From the human T2T-CHM13v2.0 reference genome, Homo sapiens: 64,000 nucleotides of DNA. The notes below the pieces were generated by a model that ran no database searches, was not told where the DNA came from, and was given only the letters and a program-made list of their open reading frames with translations. The stretch lies in NCBI RefSeq assembly GCF_009914755.1, contig NC_060931.1; one strand, written 5' to 3'. Every line of letters begins with the position of its first letter. Positions within the stretch are counted from its first letter, which is position 1. Shown in pieces: positions 1 through 13,110 of this stretch. The translations under genes and the position numbers were made by a program.

Positions 1-920
1 CTAATATTCAGAATCTATGTGGAACTCAAATACTCAACAACAACAACAACAAAAAGAAAGAAACCCATTAATAAGTGGGCAAAGGACACGAACAGGTATT
101 TCTTAAAAGAAGACTTACAAGCAGTCAACAAACATGAAAAAACACTCCACATCACTAATCATCAGAGAAATGGAAATCAAAACCACAATGAGACACCATC
201 TCACACCAGTCAGAACAGCTATTATTAATAAGTCAAAAACAGCAGATGTTAGCAAGGATGCAGAGAAAAGAAAATGGTTAGATACTGTTGGGGGAAATGT
301 AAATCAGTACAATCTCTGGAAAACAGTGTGGAGATTTCTCAAATAATTGAACATAGAACTATCATTTGACCAAGCACTCCCACTACTGAATATCTCCCCA
401 AAGGAAAAGAAATGGTATCAAAAAGAGACTTGTGCTTGTATGTTTAACAGAATACTATCCAATGGAAATAGTCTTGGAAATAGCAAAGTCATGGAATCAA
501 CCTAAGTATTCATCAATAGATGACTGGATAAAGAAAATGGGGCATGTATACACTATGGACTACTGTGCAGCTATAAGAAAGAATGAAATCATGTCTTTTG
601 CAGCAACATGGTTGGAGCTGGAGGCCATTATCCCTACATGAAATAACTCAGAAACACAGAGTTATTTGCTGCATGTTCTCACTTATAAGTGAGAGCTAAA
701 CAGTGGGTACACATCAACATACAGAGCAGAGTAATAGACACTGGGGACTCCAAAAGTTTACGAGGGTGGGAGGGGGATGGGGCTTGACAAATAACCACTT
801 GCGCACAATGCGAACTATTCAGGTAAAGGTTACACTAAAAGCCCAGACTCACCACTATGTAATATATCCATATAGCACACCTGCACATGTACTCCCCTGA
901 ATTTATACAGATTTAAAAAA
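1..920 (+). mobile_element. L1 3' end (ORF2 C-terminus plus 3' UTR), L1PB-like
   Basis: ORF2 C-terminal remnant ([24 protein letters not shown]), 3' UTR ending aaaagcccagactcaccactatg...tgtactcccctgaattt, A-rich tail. Confidence 0.9.
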
Positions 921-929
921 AGACGTTCT

Positions 930-1600
930 TGAGCAACTTAGCAACAAGAACAAATTTCTTGATTTTGAAATGAAAAATTTCACCGGAAGAATTGAAAAGG
1001 ATAGTTATTGTTGAGACTTAAGTTGGCGATCTAGAAGATGACGTTTGAGAGATATTCCAAAAAGAATTCTCAAATGACAGAGCAAAAATCCAAGAAAAAT
1101 CATGAAAGAGTCCCAATATATAAGTTGTAGGCAACAGAAGAGAAAAACGACAATGGAGAAGGACAGACTAATAATAATCATAGAAGAAAAATTTCTTGTC
1201 CTTAAAAAGAAGATCTGAGGCTTATATTAGGAAGAACTTATCCATTTATGAGTGAGAGGGCTAAATAACCCCAAACTGATCCCACACTTAGGCATAGCCT
1301 GGGAAAAAATCCTAATATTCAAAGATAAAGTGAAAGAGCTTAAAAAATTCCAGGCCAAAAAATACCCAACCAAACAAACAAGCAAATATACTTGCAAAGG
1401 CAAAATAATTAGACTAGCATCAGACTGTAACACTAGAAGCAGGGAGATGTAGAAATAATTTTACATGCCACTGAGGGTAAAAAGGATGGTGATCCAAGAA
1501 TCCCATATCCATCCCAGAAAGCATTTACCTATCCTGGTGAAAGAAAGACATCTGCTGCTATCTAAGGATTTAAAGAACACATTGCCTACATACTTTATCT
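930..1600 (+). mobile_element. Ancient L1 ORF1-like (L1M or HAL1) fragment
   Basis: Translation FKDKVKELKKFQAKK...YTCKGKIIRLASD resembles the ORF1p motif KEKILKAAR...TYKGKPIRLTAD. Confidence 0.65.
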
Positions 1601-1844
1601 GAGTAATTCACTGTCCAATTTAGCAGGGAGGGAGTGAAACAAAGAGCAGCTTGTTCAAAACAGCAAGGGCAAGGAAAAAAGAGGTGAAAACTATGAAGTA
1701 TTAAACATACAATTGCTTAAATGAAAAAGTATGAAGAATACTAGTCATATTACACCAAACATGACTGATGGATTACTCCTGTTAAAAGACACTTTCATTT
1801 GGAGTTAAAGTGAATTAAAGAGTAATGCTTACATTTTTCATACA

Positions 1845-1905
1845 TTTTAAAACATAAAAGCCATTCTTAGTTCATTGGCCATACAAACACAGCTGGGCCA
1901 TCATA
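1845..1905. mobile_element. MER58-like DNA transposon fragment
   Basis: aaaagccattcttagttcattggccatacaaacacagctgggcc resembles MER58 as I recall it. Confidence 0.45.
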
Positions 1906-1909
1906 TTAC

Positions 1910-2425
1910 TTATTTTGGTAGTAGCAAAAAAACAAGACCAATCCAAATATTCATCAATGGTAGAAAGGGTCTATAAATTGTAGCATATCTAGGCAATAAA
2001 ATATTACTCAGCAGCGAAAATGGAGGTGCCACACTTCATGCAGCAGTATGTATGATTCTTAACATGATATCGAGGGAAAGTAAAAATAGCAAACCACAGA
2101 AGAAACCATTTAGTGTAATATAATTGCATTTACTTACATTTCAAACCAAAAAAATTAAATAGCATATTGTTTTGGGATACACAAATGAGTAGTTTTTAAA
2201 AAGTAGTATTAAAAAGTAGGGAATGATTAACACAATGTTTAGTATAATGGTCACTGAGGAAAGAGTTGCTGTGTCAGGGAGGGATATATAGTGGCTTTTG
2301 TGATGTCGGTAATATTCTGTGTCTTTGTACATGGATGTTTGTTTTATTTTTATGCTTTAAACATAATGTTTTGTAGATAAATATTAAACTCATTTGTATG
2401 TTGCCATATTTCATACTAAAAATTA
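1910..2425 (+). mobile_element. Old L1 (L1ME-like) 3' UTR fragment
   Basis: caatccaaatattcatcaatggtagaa...aatattactcagcag is typical of old L1 3' ends. Confidence 0.55.
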
Positions 2426-2717
2426 AACTAGAAGGTAACCAAATCAAATACAATTATTGGAGATTTCAATATATTTCTTTCAGAACTGGACAGATTTATG
2501 GACAGAAAACAAAAATCAAGGAGTGGGTTAATATAATGAACTCTATTTCAAGCTGTATTTTAAAAGAAAAAGTTTTATCCTTTGGAAAAATGTTAAAGGT
2601 TCCTTTAATATGAGAATTTGGAAATTACATAATACATTCCTAGGTAGATGTTTGATTGAAGAGAAAATTATAACTCATATCCCAAACCATCGTGGAAAGG
2701 ATTAAACTTAAAAAGTC

Positions 2718-2740
2718 CGTCTCAAAAAAAAAAAAAAAAA
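2718..2740 (+). mobile_element. Ultra-truncated Alu 3' tip (CGTCTC plus poly-A) with TSD AAAAAGTC
   Basis: tt|AAAAAGTC cgtctc A12 AAAAAGTC. Confidence 0.65.
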
Positions 2741-3468
2741 GTCTGTAGCACACAGCAAAACCTTTACTCAGAGGAAAAGCTATATCCTTGATTTCTTTCT
2801 TTAAAATAAAAAACTTGAAAAGCAAAAAATGGACCTGTCTTAGAAATCAGGAAAAGTAAACCAAATAAATCAAACAAACTAGCAAGGAAGAGTAGTATAT
2901 GTAAAAACACTATTAATAACATAGAAAAGAAAATCTAGTAAAATAAGGTAATACAAATCCTTTTCATTGAATACATCTATAAAATATATCAATCATAATA
3001 CTGAGTGGAGAAAATTGAAAGTAAACTTATGCAAATTAGGAATGGAAGAAAAATATATAGTGTTACTATAAAAGATCAGTCAGTCACTGCATTTCTTTGT
3101 CAAATGAGGTGAATGCCCAGAAATAATTTATGTCCTAACAAAATTTGAATTACCAGAATCAACTTTAGTAAAATAGACTAATTGCTATAGAAGAAACTAG
3201 AATGATAACTACAGATAAAACATTAAAATGTCATCACAACCAGATGATTCTATTGTACCTTTAAAGAATGCATAAAGCCAGTGTTAAACTATTTTAGATC
3301 ATAGATAATAAAGGAAAACTCTTCATTTCATTGAAATACCATATAAGTTTATACCCAAAACTAATATGCTACAAAAAAGATTGCTATAATACAACTACAA
3401 TTGTGAATATATATTTTAAAATGCTAAATGAAATAAAATATCAAATATAGAAATAGTTGAAGAGAAAA

Positions 3469-3931
<463 letters not shown>

Positions 3932-4964
3932 TTAAAGAAAGACTGTAAATTAACACATGATGGAAGCTGCCTAAATTTATGCAAACTATAAATTTACAAT
4001 ACCTACAGAGAATTCTAATTCTAAATTGAGTAAACACTAAAGATATTTTAATTAAAACCAGAAATCAAATTTGTAATGCCCTTTAAATGAAATGACCAGT
4101 ATAAATAACAGCAAATAAAAGATGAAAAGCATCATCTTTTGCTGATATATTCATATCCATATCTATCTAGAAAACCAAATTGATTCAATATTAGATTTGG
4201 TAAAATAATTTGTGGAGGAAGAGGTTACATTCAAGATATGTATAAAAATCAATTTTTTCTATGTAATCACATTAAGAATTTAGAAATGAAAATGGGAAAA
4301 ATATTTTATTTACAGTAGCACCAAAACAACAAAATATTTATTACTAAGAAAAACATGAAATTTATCTAGATAAAATAATAACATCTTTTTGAAAGTCATT
4401 TCTATTTGAAAGCAAATTGAAAGACAAACCATATTCTTGGACAAGAAGGCTCCAAATAGAACTGCCAACAAAGTTGGGTTGGGAGAGGAGAATTGCAAAA
4501 AACAGTATTAAATTTTTTTGGTAAAATTTAAGTCTGGAGAAATACAGACTTAAGTATGAAAAGGAATATGAATGACTTAATTTTCCAAATATCTAAATAT
4601 AATGTAAAGCTTTTGTAATCAGAACAAATTGTATTCAAATGGCAATTGATCAGTGGAACAAAATAGAAAATCCAGAAAAAGATGTTAGTATGTGTGAGAA
4701 TTTAATATATGACACACATGATATTTCAGCTTAGAAGTAATTATGTGCTTTATAAATTGTTCTGGCATAACTGAGAATCTATCTAGAAGAATCTAAAGTT
4801 GGATACCTTCATTACAGCATAGGTAAAAATAAATAACTCTACATGGGTTAAATAATAACATATTAAAGATGTTGTAAAGAAAATTTAAATGACTGCATAT
4901 ATCATCTAGGCTTGTGGCAGGAGAGTCTTAACCAAAATGGGAAACCAGAAGTTAGAAAATAAGC

Positions 4965-6420
4965 TTTGGGCTCCATAGTATGACAATAGTGTCTTCCATA
5001 ATAACATAGTCCCTCTGTCTTTGCCGTCATTTTATGGCTGTTTTGCCTTGGTGCTTTGCCTGTCCCTAGGAATGTATGGAGAGGAAGACAGGGTGCAGCT
5101 GGGTTCTCGATGGGTCAGCCACAGGAATAATAAGTGGCCTTTAAGGATGAGGTTCCAGACTTCACTCAGAGAAAGCTGTATGTAAATAAGATGCTGGAGA
5201 ACATCAGTCTTCTGGTCTCTGTGCGTTGATTGTGCTCTTTCTTGTATTGCCCTTCAGTCATCATGTTGTCCTTGTAAGTAATTTGCATTAGAATTGAGGA
5301 TGGCTTGAGTTAATATTGCTTTTTCTGCAACTGGATTTTCAGCTCTGCAAATCTGAGTAATTTTCCAGTTAAAAGCAATGAGAGGAGCAATGGAAGGAAG
5401 AAAGAGAATTCTACCAAGACCTGAGTCTAGGCAGAGAAAATGGATTTAGAAACCAAGAAGTAATTTTCACTCAAGATAGTTGCAGGAAGAAATTATTTAA
5501 TGGTGTGACAGTATGGAGATTTCACATTTGAGAGGAGCCTTTTGTACGGTAATGAGTATGGGAAAGTTTGACTCACAGCTCTACATTGGCTTGACATGTG
5601 ATAAGTTATACTGAAGAGAAACCCTGTGAGTATAATGAAAGTGAGCAAGAATTCAGCCAGAATACTAATACATATATACACCAGAGATTTCATACAGGAG
5701 AGAAATTCTATGGTATTTTTCTGCATGGAAGAGGCTACATTGATCATCTCTTAAACAACACAAGAGCAATACACTAAGGGGAAAAACTTACATGGATGTA
5801 AACACTATGGGAAGGCTTTCAGCAATCATTCATCCTTCATCAGTGTGAAAAAAAATTCATTTTCTTGAGAAACCCTATGAATGTGACGAATGTCAATAAG
5901 AATTCAGCTATCCGCTAACCTTATACACACAAGAGAATTCATGGTGGGAGAGAGAAAAACCCTATGCATGTAACCAGTGTGGGAGAGCCTTCAGCACACA
6001 TCTAACCTTCATGTACACAACAAATCTCTGTGTACGAAGATTTTAAAGTTTCTGTGGCGAAACTTTAAAACTATAATGAATGTAGAAAATCTTTAACAAG
6101 ATAAATCCTCTTGATGAAATCAGTCTTTATACCAGAGAAACAATTTGAATAAATAGGAGAAATCACATGTATATAAACTTAATAAATGTAATGAATGAGG
6201 AAAGTCTTCAGAGATTATTTATGTTAGTCAGCATTAAAGTTTTCACACTAAAGAGACACCTATGCTTAGAATCAATGTGGAAGTGCCTTCAGCTGGGGTT
6301 TGCATCAGGCAGCTCATCCAGGGGAAACACTGTAAAGATTCCTCTAGCATACCACTGAGCAAACAAATCACACTTTTGCCAAGTGACATCTTTTAAAACA
6401 TATGTAGAATAAAGATATAA
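4965..6420 (+). pseudogene. Degenerate KRAB C2H2 zinc-finger retropseudogene (ZNF596/ZNF705-like KRAB)
   Basis: KRAB-A remnant VAFKDEVPDFTQRKLYVNKMLENISLLVSV (5134-5223); KRAB-B remnant QLCKS..VIFQL..EEQWKEEREFYQD (about 5340-5420); fingers IHQRFHTGEKFY (about 5676-5711), GCKHYGKAFSNHSS, EKPYECDECQ*EFS, KPYACNQCGRAFS (about 5957-5995); many stops and frameshifts; outer limits approximate. Confidence 0.88.
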
Positions 6421-6521
6421 GATTGTCAGGTGTACTTGGAAATACTTCAGGCATAAGTTGGTTATAAGTAGTAATGTATGAGATAAACCTTCATCCGAAG
6501 AATACTAATTACAAGAATCCT

Positions 6522-6935
<414 letters not shown>

Positions 6936-7129
6936 TTAATAATCCATCACTGTTGATTAGTTAGTATTTTTATGCTGCTAGTAAAGCATGATTACAAAGA
7001 CTTTGAGGCTATCAGAAAATAACCTTGAACTTTAACTAAAACATGTGGCACGCAAAATAGTGTATCTTTTATATATTCACAGAAAGGACAAATGGAAATA
7101 TGGATAAACGTGATTTGTAAGTGAATTAA

Positions 7130-7660
7130 AAAAAAAAGTCACACAGTATTGTTCATAGGACCAGTAAAATGGAAATAAAAATGTGAATACAGAATGGTTG
7201 GATACATTATGATACCATCTCACCATGAAATATTATTCAGTCATTAGAAATAATTTAGAGATATGGACATTGAGGACATTGATATCCATGACTTATCTTT
7301 TTTTTAGACAGGGTCTCGCAGTGTTGCCCATGGTGGAGCACTGTGGCATGATCTCAGCTCACTGCAACATCTGCCTCCCAGACTCAGGTGATCCTCCCAC
7401 GTCAGCCCCCAAACAGCTGGGACTACAGGTGTGCCCCACCATGCCCAGCTAATTTTTCTATTTGTAGTAGAGACAGGGTTTCACCCTGTTGCCCAGGCTT
7501 GTCTTGAACTCCTGGGCTCAAGGGATTCTCCCACCTCAGCCTCCCAAAGTGATGGGATTACAGACGTGAGCCACTGTGCCCAGGCGCTTCATTGGTTTTT
7601 AAAAAGTAAGCAGTAAAGAGAAGTAGGTATAATCTCATTTGTGTAAGCAAATAAGAAGGA
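7130..7660 (+). mobile_element. Old L1 3' end fragment, split by an Alu
   Basis: acagtattgttcatagg...gaaatattattcagtcattagaaat. Confidence 0.45.
7298..7585 (-). mobile_element. Alu (J-like)
   Basis: T-run, agacagggtctc ... gagccactgtgcccagg. Confidence 0.95.
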
Positions 7661-7704
7661 AAAACAAGCTATATATACATATATATACATTCATATATGT
7701 CTAA

Positions 7705-8103
<399 letters not shown>

Positions 8104-8542
8104 TAACATGAATAAACAAGTAAAGAAGAAAAGACCATATAAATGAAGGAGGAATTCCAGATATGTTATGATCAGATTTATTTAAAATTATATGTTTGAA
8201 TATGTGTACTCTTACGCCTAAAATAATTCATTGCATTATTTAGAGAATCTAGGTTTTAAGGCAGAGTGACTATTCAATAATCAAGTTGTTACCTTTTCTT
8301 GAGACCACAGTGAATTACCAACAGTAGTAGTAAAATGATGCTAAATGCATGAGCCTTTTGGAGGATCTCATTAGATACCCTTACTGCGTAGCTTAGAAAA
8401 GAATTCTGCTAAAGCAAGCATGTTATTGTCCTATCCATAAGGAAAAATAAAATTAGAAACAGCAAGTAGGTCTCACCAGCTAATTGCAGACTAGTGTAAA
8501 ACTTAAGTTGTTTCACCTCCCCCCTTTTTTTCTTTTTAATAG

Positions 8543-8663
8543 ATGAGGATGGTCTTGGTATAAGTATTATTGGAATGGGTGTTGGAGCAGATGCTGGACT
8601 TGAAAAGCTGGGAATATTCGTCAAGACAGTAACAGAAGGTGGTGCTGCTCAACGGGATGGCAG
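8543..8663 (+). CDS. PPP1R9A: Neurabin-1 coding exon, N-terminal half of the PDZ domain (121 nt, phase 1 to 2)
   Basis: Polypyrimidine tract plus taatAG acceptor; translation (D)[39 protein letters not shown](R) matches the neurabin PDZ; donor CAG|gtaaat. Confidence 0.96.
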
Positions 8664-9095
8664 GTAAATTAAGGACTGTTGTTAATAACTTAAAATCTTT
8701 AGAGAACTTTCCTGGAAGTTTCCTTCAGTTGTAGCTTTTTGCTTTTGTTTGTTGATTTTTTAGGATAGAATTTCAGGTTTCTCAGATGTGAAAATCTTTA
8801 AACACTTGAATTATTTTCTGATATGCAGGCAAAATATCTGCTTTCTTTAATATATATTAGGTAAATGAGTGGGCAGATCTATCAGTCTATACCTGTCTTT
8901 ATCCATTCATCTATCTGGTGGGAAGTGGGCAGAAACATGGGTGTATATAGTTGTAAATGTGTGCTATGGAGGTCAGCACATAGTTTCACTTCAGAAATAT
9001 TGAAAGAAATGATAATAGTTCTGGCATCTTAAAAAATGACACATGTAGATGGTAAGTTAGGAACTCTAATTCTGTATTGATGGTAATTCTGAAGG

Positions 9096-9240
9096 TCAGT
9101 GTTTCTCCAAATATATTTATGTAAAAACACAGGTTCTTGGGTGCACCTAAACCTGTAGAATTAAAATCTCCAGTAGAGGGGTCTGGCAGTCTGCACCTTG
9201 GATAATTCTAGTACACAGCAGAGCATCCAGATTATCACTG
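9096..9240. mobile_element. MER5A-like DNA transposon fragment
   Basis: cagtgtttctcc...gaattaaaatctccagtagaggggtctggcagtctgc. Confidence 0.55.
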
Positions 9241-9272
9241 TTTTGTCTTAGCTTTCATAATCTCAAGCTATT

Positions 9273-9274
<2 letters not shown>

Positions 9275-9340
<66 letters not shown>
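9275..9340. repeat. Compound STR (TCTG)4(TCTA)12
   Basis: Read directly from the sequence. Confidence 0.98.
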
Positions 9341-9342
<2 letters not shown>

Positions 9343-9412
9343 AGGCGAAGATTTTGATTAACCCTCATACTTGGCTCTGATATATCAGGTTGAGGCTAGA
9401 AGCAGAAGGTGG

Positions 9413-9783
9413 TGTCTTAGTTTGTTTTGTGCTGCTATGGCAGAATACCTGAGACTGGGTAATTTATAATGAACATAAATTTATATGGCTCATGGTTCTG
9501 GAGGCTGGGAAGTCCAAGATTAAGGGGCCACATCTGATGAGGACCCTCCAGCTGAGTCATCCCGTGGCAAAAGGTGCAAAGGCCAAGTGAGAGAGAGCAA
9601 GAAGGGGCAAAACTTGCTTTTATAACAAACCCACTCTCAAAGAAATAAATCCACTTCCATGATAATGACATTGATCTATTTGTGAGGCCAGTGCCCTATG
9701 ACCTAATCACCTTTTAAAGGTCTAACCTCTCAACACTGTTGCGTTAAGGATCGTTTTCAACATATAACATTCAAACCATAGCA
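9413..9783 (-). mobile_element. Solo MaLR LTR (MST/MLT1A-like)
   Basis: TG...CA ends (tgtcttagtt...aaaccatagca); 5-bp TSD ggtgg/gttgg. Confidence 0.9.
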
Positions 9784-9977
9784 GTTGGCAATATAATAAA
9801 AGTAGACCCAAATATACGACTGCTAAATTCAAAGAATTATTATGTTGTTTTATGTACATTTAATGAATAGCTTTAAATTTTTTTATGTTTAAGTATGTAT
9901 CATTTGACCATCTTATCAAGAAATAATAAAGCATGTTGGAAAGAATTTGTGAATCTGTGAGGAGACCCAGAGCACCA

Positions 9978-10277
9978 TTTTTTTTTTTTTTTTTTGAGAT
10001 GGCATCTCATTGTGTTGCCTAAGCTGGAGTACAGTGGCATGATCTCTGCTCACTGCAGCCTCTGCTTCCCAGGTTCAAGTGATTCTCCTGCCTCAGCCTT
10101 CTGAGTAGCTGGGACCACAGGTGTGGACCACCACGCCCAGCTAATTTTTGTATTTTTAGTAGAGACGGGGTTTCACCATGTTGGTCAGAATGGCCTCGAA
10201 CTCCTGACCTCAAGTGACCCACCTGCCTTGGCCTCCCAAAGTGCTAGGATTACGGGTGTGAGCCACCTTGCCTGGCC
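9978..10277 (-). mobile_element. Alu (S-like)
   Basis: T-run plus antisense dimeric Alu. Confidence 0.97.
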
Positions 10278-10414
10278 CATTGTTTCTGTTTTAATCCTAA
10301 AAATGCATACTGATACCCACAGATAGTTCTCAAAGAGAGCTAAATTGATTTATGTAAATACAAAACCACACCTTATATCTTCTTTTCCATGAGGTTAGGG
10401 ATAACATCTTAGTT

Positions 10415-10495
10415 GGTAGCCTTGTTTGTATTCATATAGCACTTAGCATAATGCTTTGCATAGAGAAGGTTTGAAATAAATCTTTTGAGTGAACA
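10415..10495 (+). mobile_element. L2 3' end fragment
   Basis: tagcacttagcataatgctttgcatagagaaggtttgaaataaatcttttgagtgaa. Confidence 0.55.
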
Positions 10496-11070
10496 TTCAG
10501 CTGTCTACATTTAAAACAAAGAATGTGGAATATGACTATCTTGTGTCCCAAATTAACTTATTAACAGTCTTCCTCCTTTTCAGAGTAGTTAAGGAAATAA
10601 CCTCTTTGCCCCTTTAATAAATTATATATAATGATAGTAGTATTTCCAGTTATTAATTTACCACCTTTCTTCCAAGAGAGCTAAAACTTGTTTGTAAAAT
10701 ATACCTCATTTCTTATTAAGTTTGATGAAAATTTTAAGATCATGGGAAATAATGCTACAGTTAGTATTCAAACATGCTTAATTGTTATGAACCATCCAGA
10801 AAGCCAAACCAAAGTACAACTTGATTAAAAGAAGAAAAAGTCAGAATATTTTGCATTAATAGCCATGTAACAGATGTCCTGAAAAAAAAAAGAAAGAAAA
10901 ATAAAATTTTGCATTTAGTAGTTAACCAGTTCCTGTTGTTCTAAACATAGACATATTTATTTTTCCTTCAATCATTTTAAAATTAGGTTTGCTTTCTATT
11001 AACCTATTTACTAATTATTTATTCTTCTACATAGTTTCATTATTTATAACTACATTAGAACTCTGCTTTA

Positions 11071-11595
<525 letters not shown>

Positions 11596-12980
11596 TTACT
11601 TAATTTTCATGTTATCTACATCGCAGGTTGTGGTAAGCATTAACTAAGTTTGTGTGAATAACCTTCCATAGTGCTATTCATATATATGAAACTGTTCTTG
11701 AACCAAGTAAGAGTAAGCTTGAAACTTAATAAAAAAAATAGTTATTATGGGAGAAGCCTCATGGAAAACTATTAAAGGTGTACAACATAAGTACAGAATC
11801 AAAATTTTAGAGGTCAGAGAAACTTTAGAGTTTTTATAATCAATACATTTTCTTGTCTATTAATAAGAAAATTGAGGGTGGTTGTATATGTGCATATGTG
11901 TGTGGGTGTCAGAAAATGACAAAATAAAATTATTATTACACTTACAACAGATTTATATCTTTTAAATTATTATTTCCACCACTACTGGTGTGTTCATTTG
12001 CACAGTGTTTACTGTTTACTGATGTTTACTATTTAAAAGGTATCAACATACAAAAGTGCAGTTCCTCTAGTCAATAATACATTTTAAGTTATGTACACTT
12101 ACTGATATAGAAAAATATTCCATTAAGGATTTACAAAATAGTGTGATTAATATGATGCCCTTCTTGTGTAGGGTATATATTCTATTTCTTCTTTTCTCTC
12201 TCTTTGTTCCTTTTTGTCCTTATCTCTCAGTCATTCTCTTTCTTAAAAAACCTAAAATTAATATATACAAAAGTGTTGAATGGCTCTAGTGTATGGGTTT
12301 TTTAAAATTTTGGCTGATATAGAATATCTAATTTTGTAGAGAATATATACCACTTGTGTATAGTTTCTGAATTAAAACTAAAAATGATAAGATTTTCACC
12401 CCGAGGAAATTACTTGTCAGACCTCCTTTATTGACAGAATTAAAGTTCTGGGTTAGATGTTCTCTAAGGTAGTTCCTTTTAGCCTTGAAAGGATAAGATT
12501 CTGTATTATTGTTTTCTAGCTTTCTAGCTTGCTTTAGATTCTTAATAACTCTTTCTATTTAAGAAAATTTATTTCAATTTAAACTCAGATTTAGTCATAC
12601 CTCCTTCAAGGAATGTTAAATGAGCAGACATGTATACATAGAAAGTTTTTTTTCTCCCCCTCCTCCCTCCTTCCTGCCCCCACAAGAAGCCTTTTCATTG
12701 TGATCGTTTGTATTCCTGTTTAAATGGCTTGTAAACTCTCACCACATTTTGAGTAGTTTAAAAAATTTGCCGTGGGTATTTATCCTCCTGAGTTTATCCA
12801 GTATAGTTAAATAGTTAAAAAGTTTTGACCCTTCCTTATTCTTTGATATTATCTCTTACATTCAAAATTTTCTTTTGTCAAGCTTTTCATGTGTGTACTT
12901 TATCCTATGATGCCTTAAACTTACAGGGTGCTCAATAAATATTTGTTGAATGAGTGAATCCTTGTGCTTTAGTCACTTTT

Positions 12981-13110
12981 TATTTTTTATTTTTAGAGGC
13001 GAGGTCTCACTGTGTTGCCCAGGCTGACCTCAAACTCTTGGGCTCAAGTGAACTCCCCACCTCAGCCTCCCAAGTAACTGGGAGTATAAGCGAGTGCCAC
13101 AGTGCGGGGC
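12981..13110 (-). mobile_element. FLAM (monomeric Alu)
   Basis: About 130-bp monomer flanked by TSD tttagtcactttt. Confidence 0.9.
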
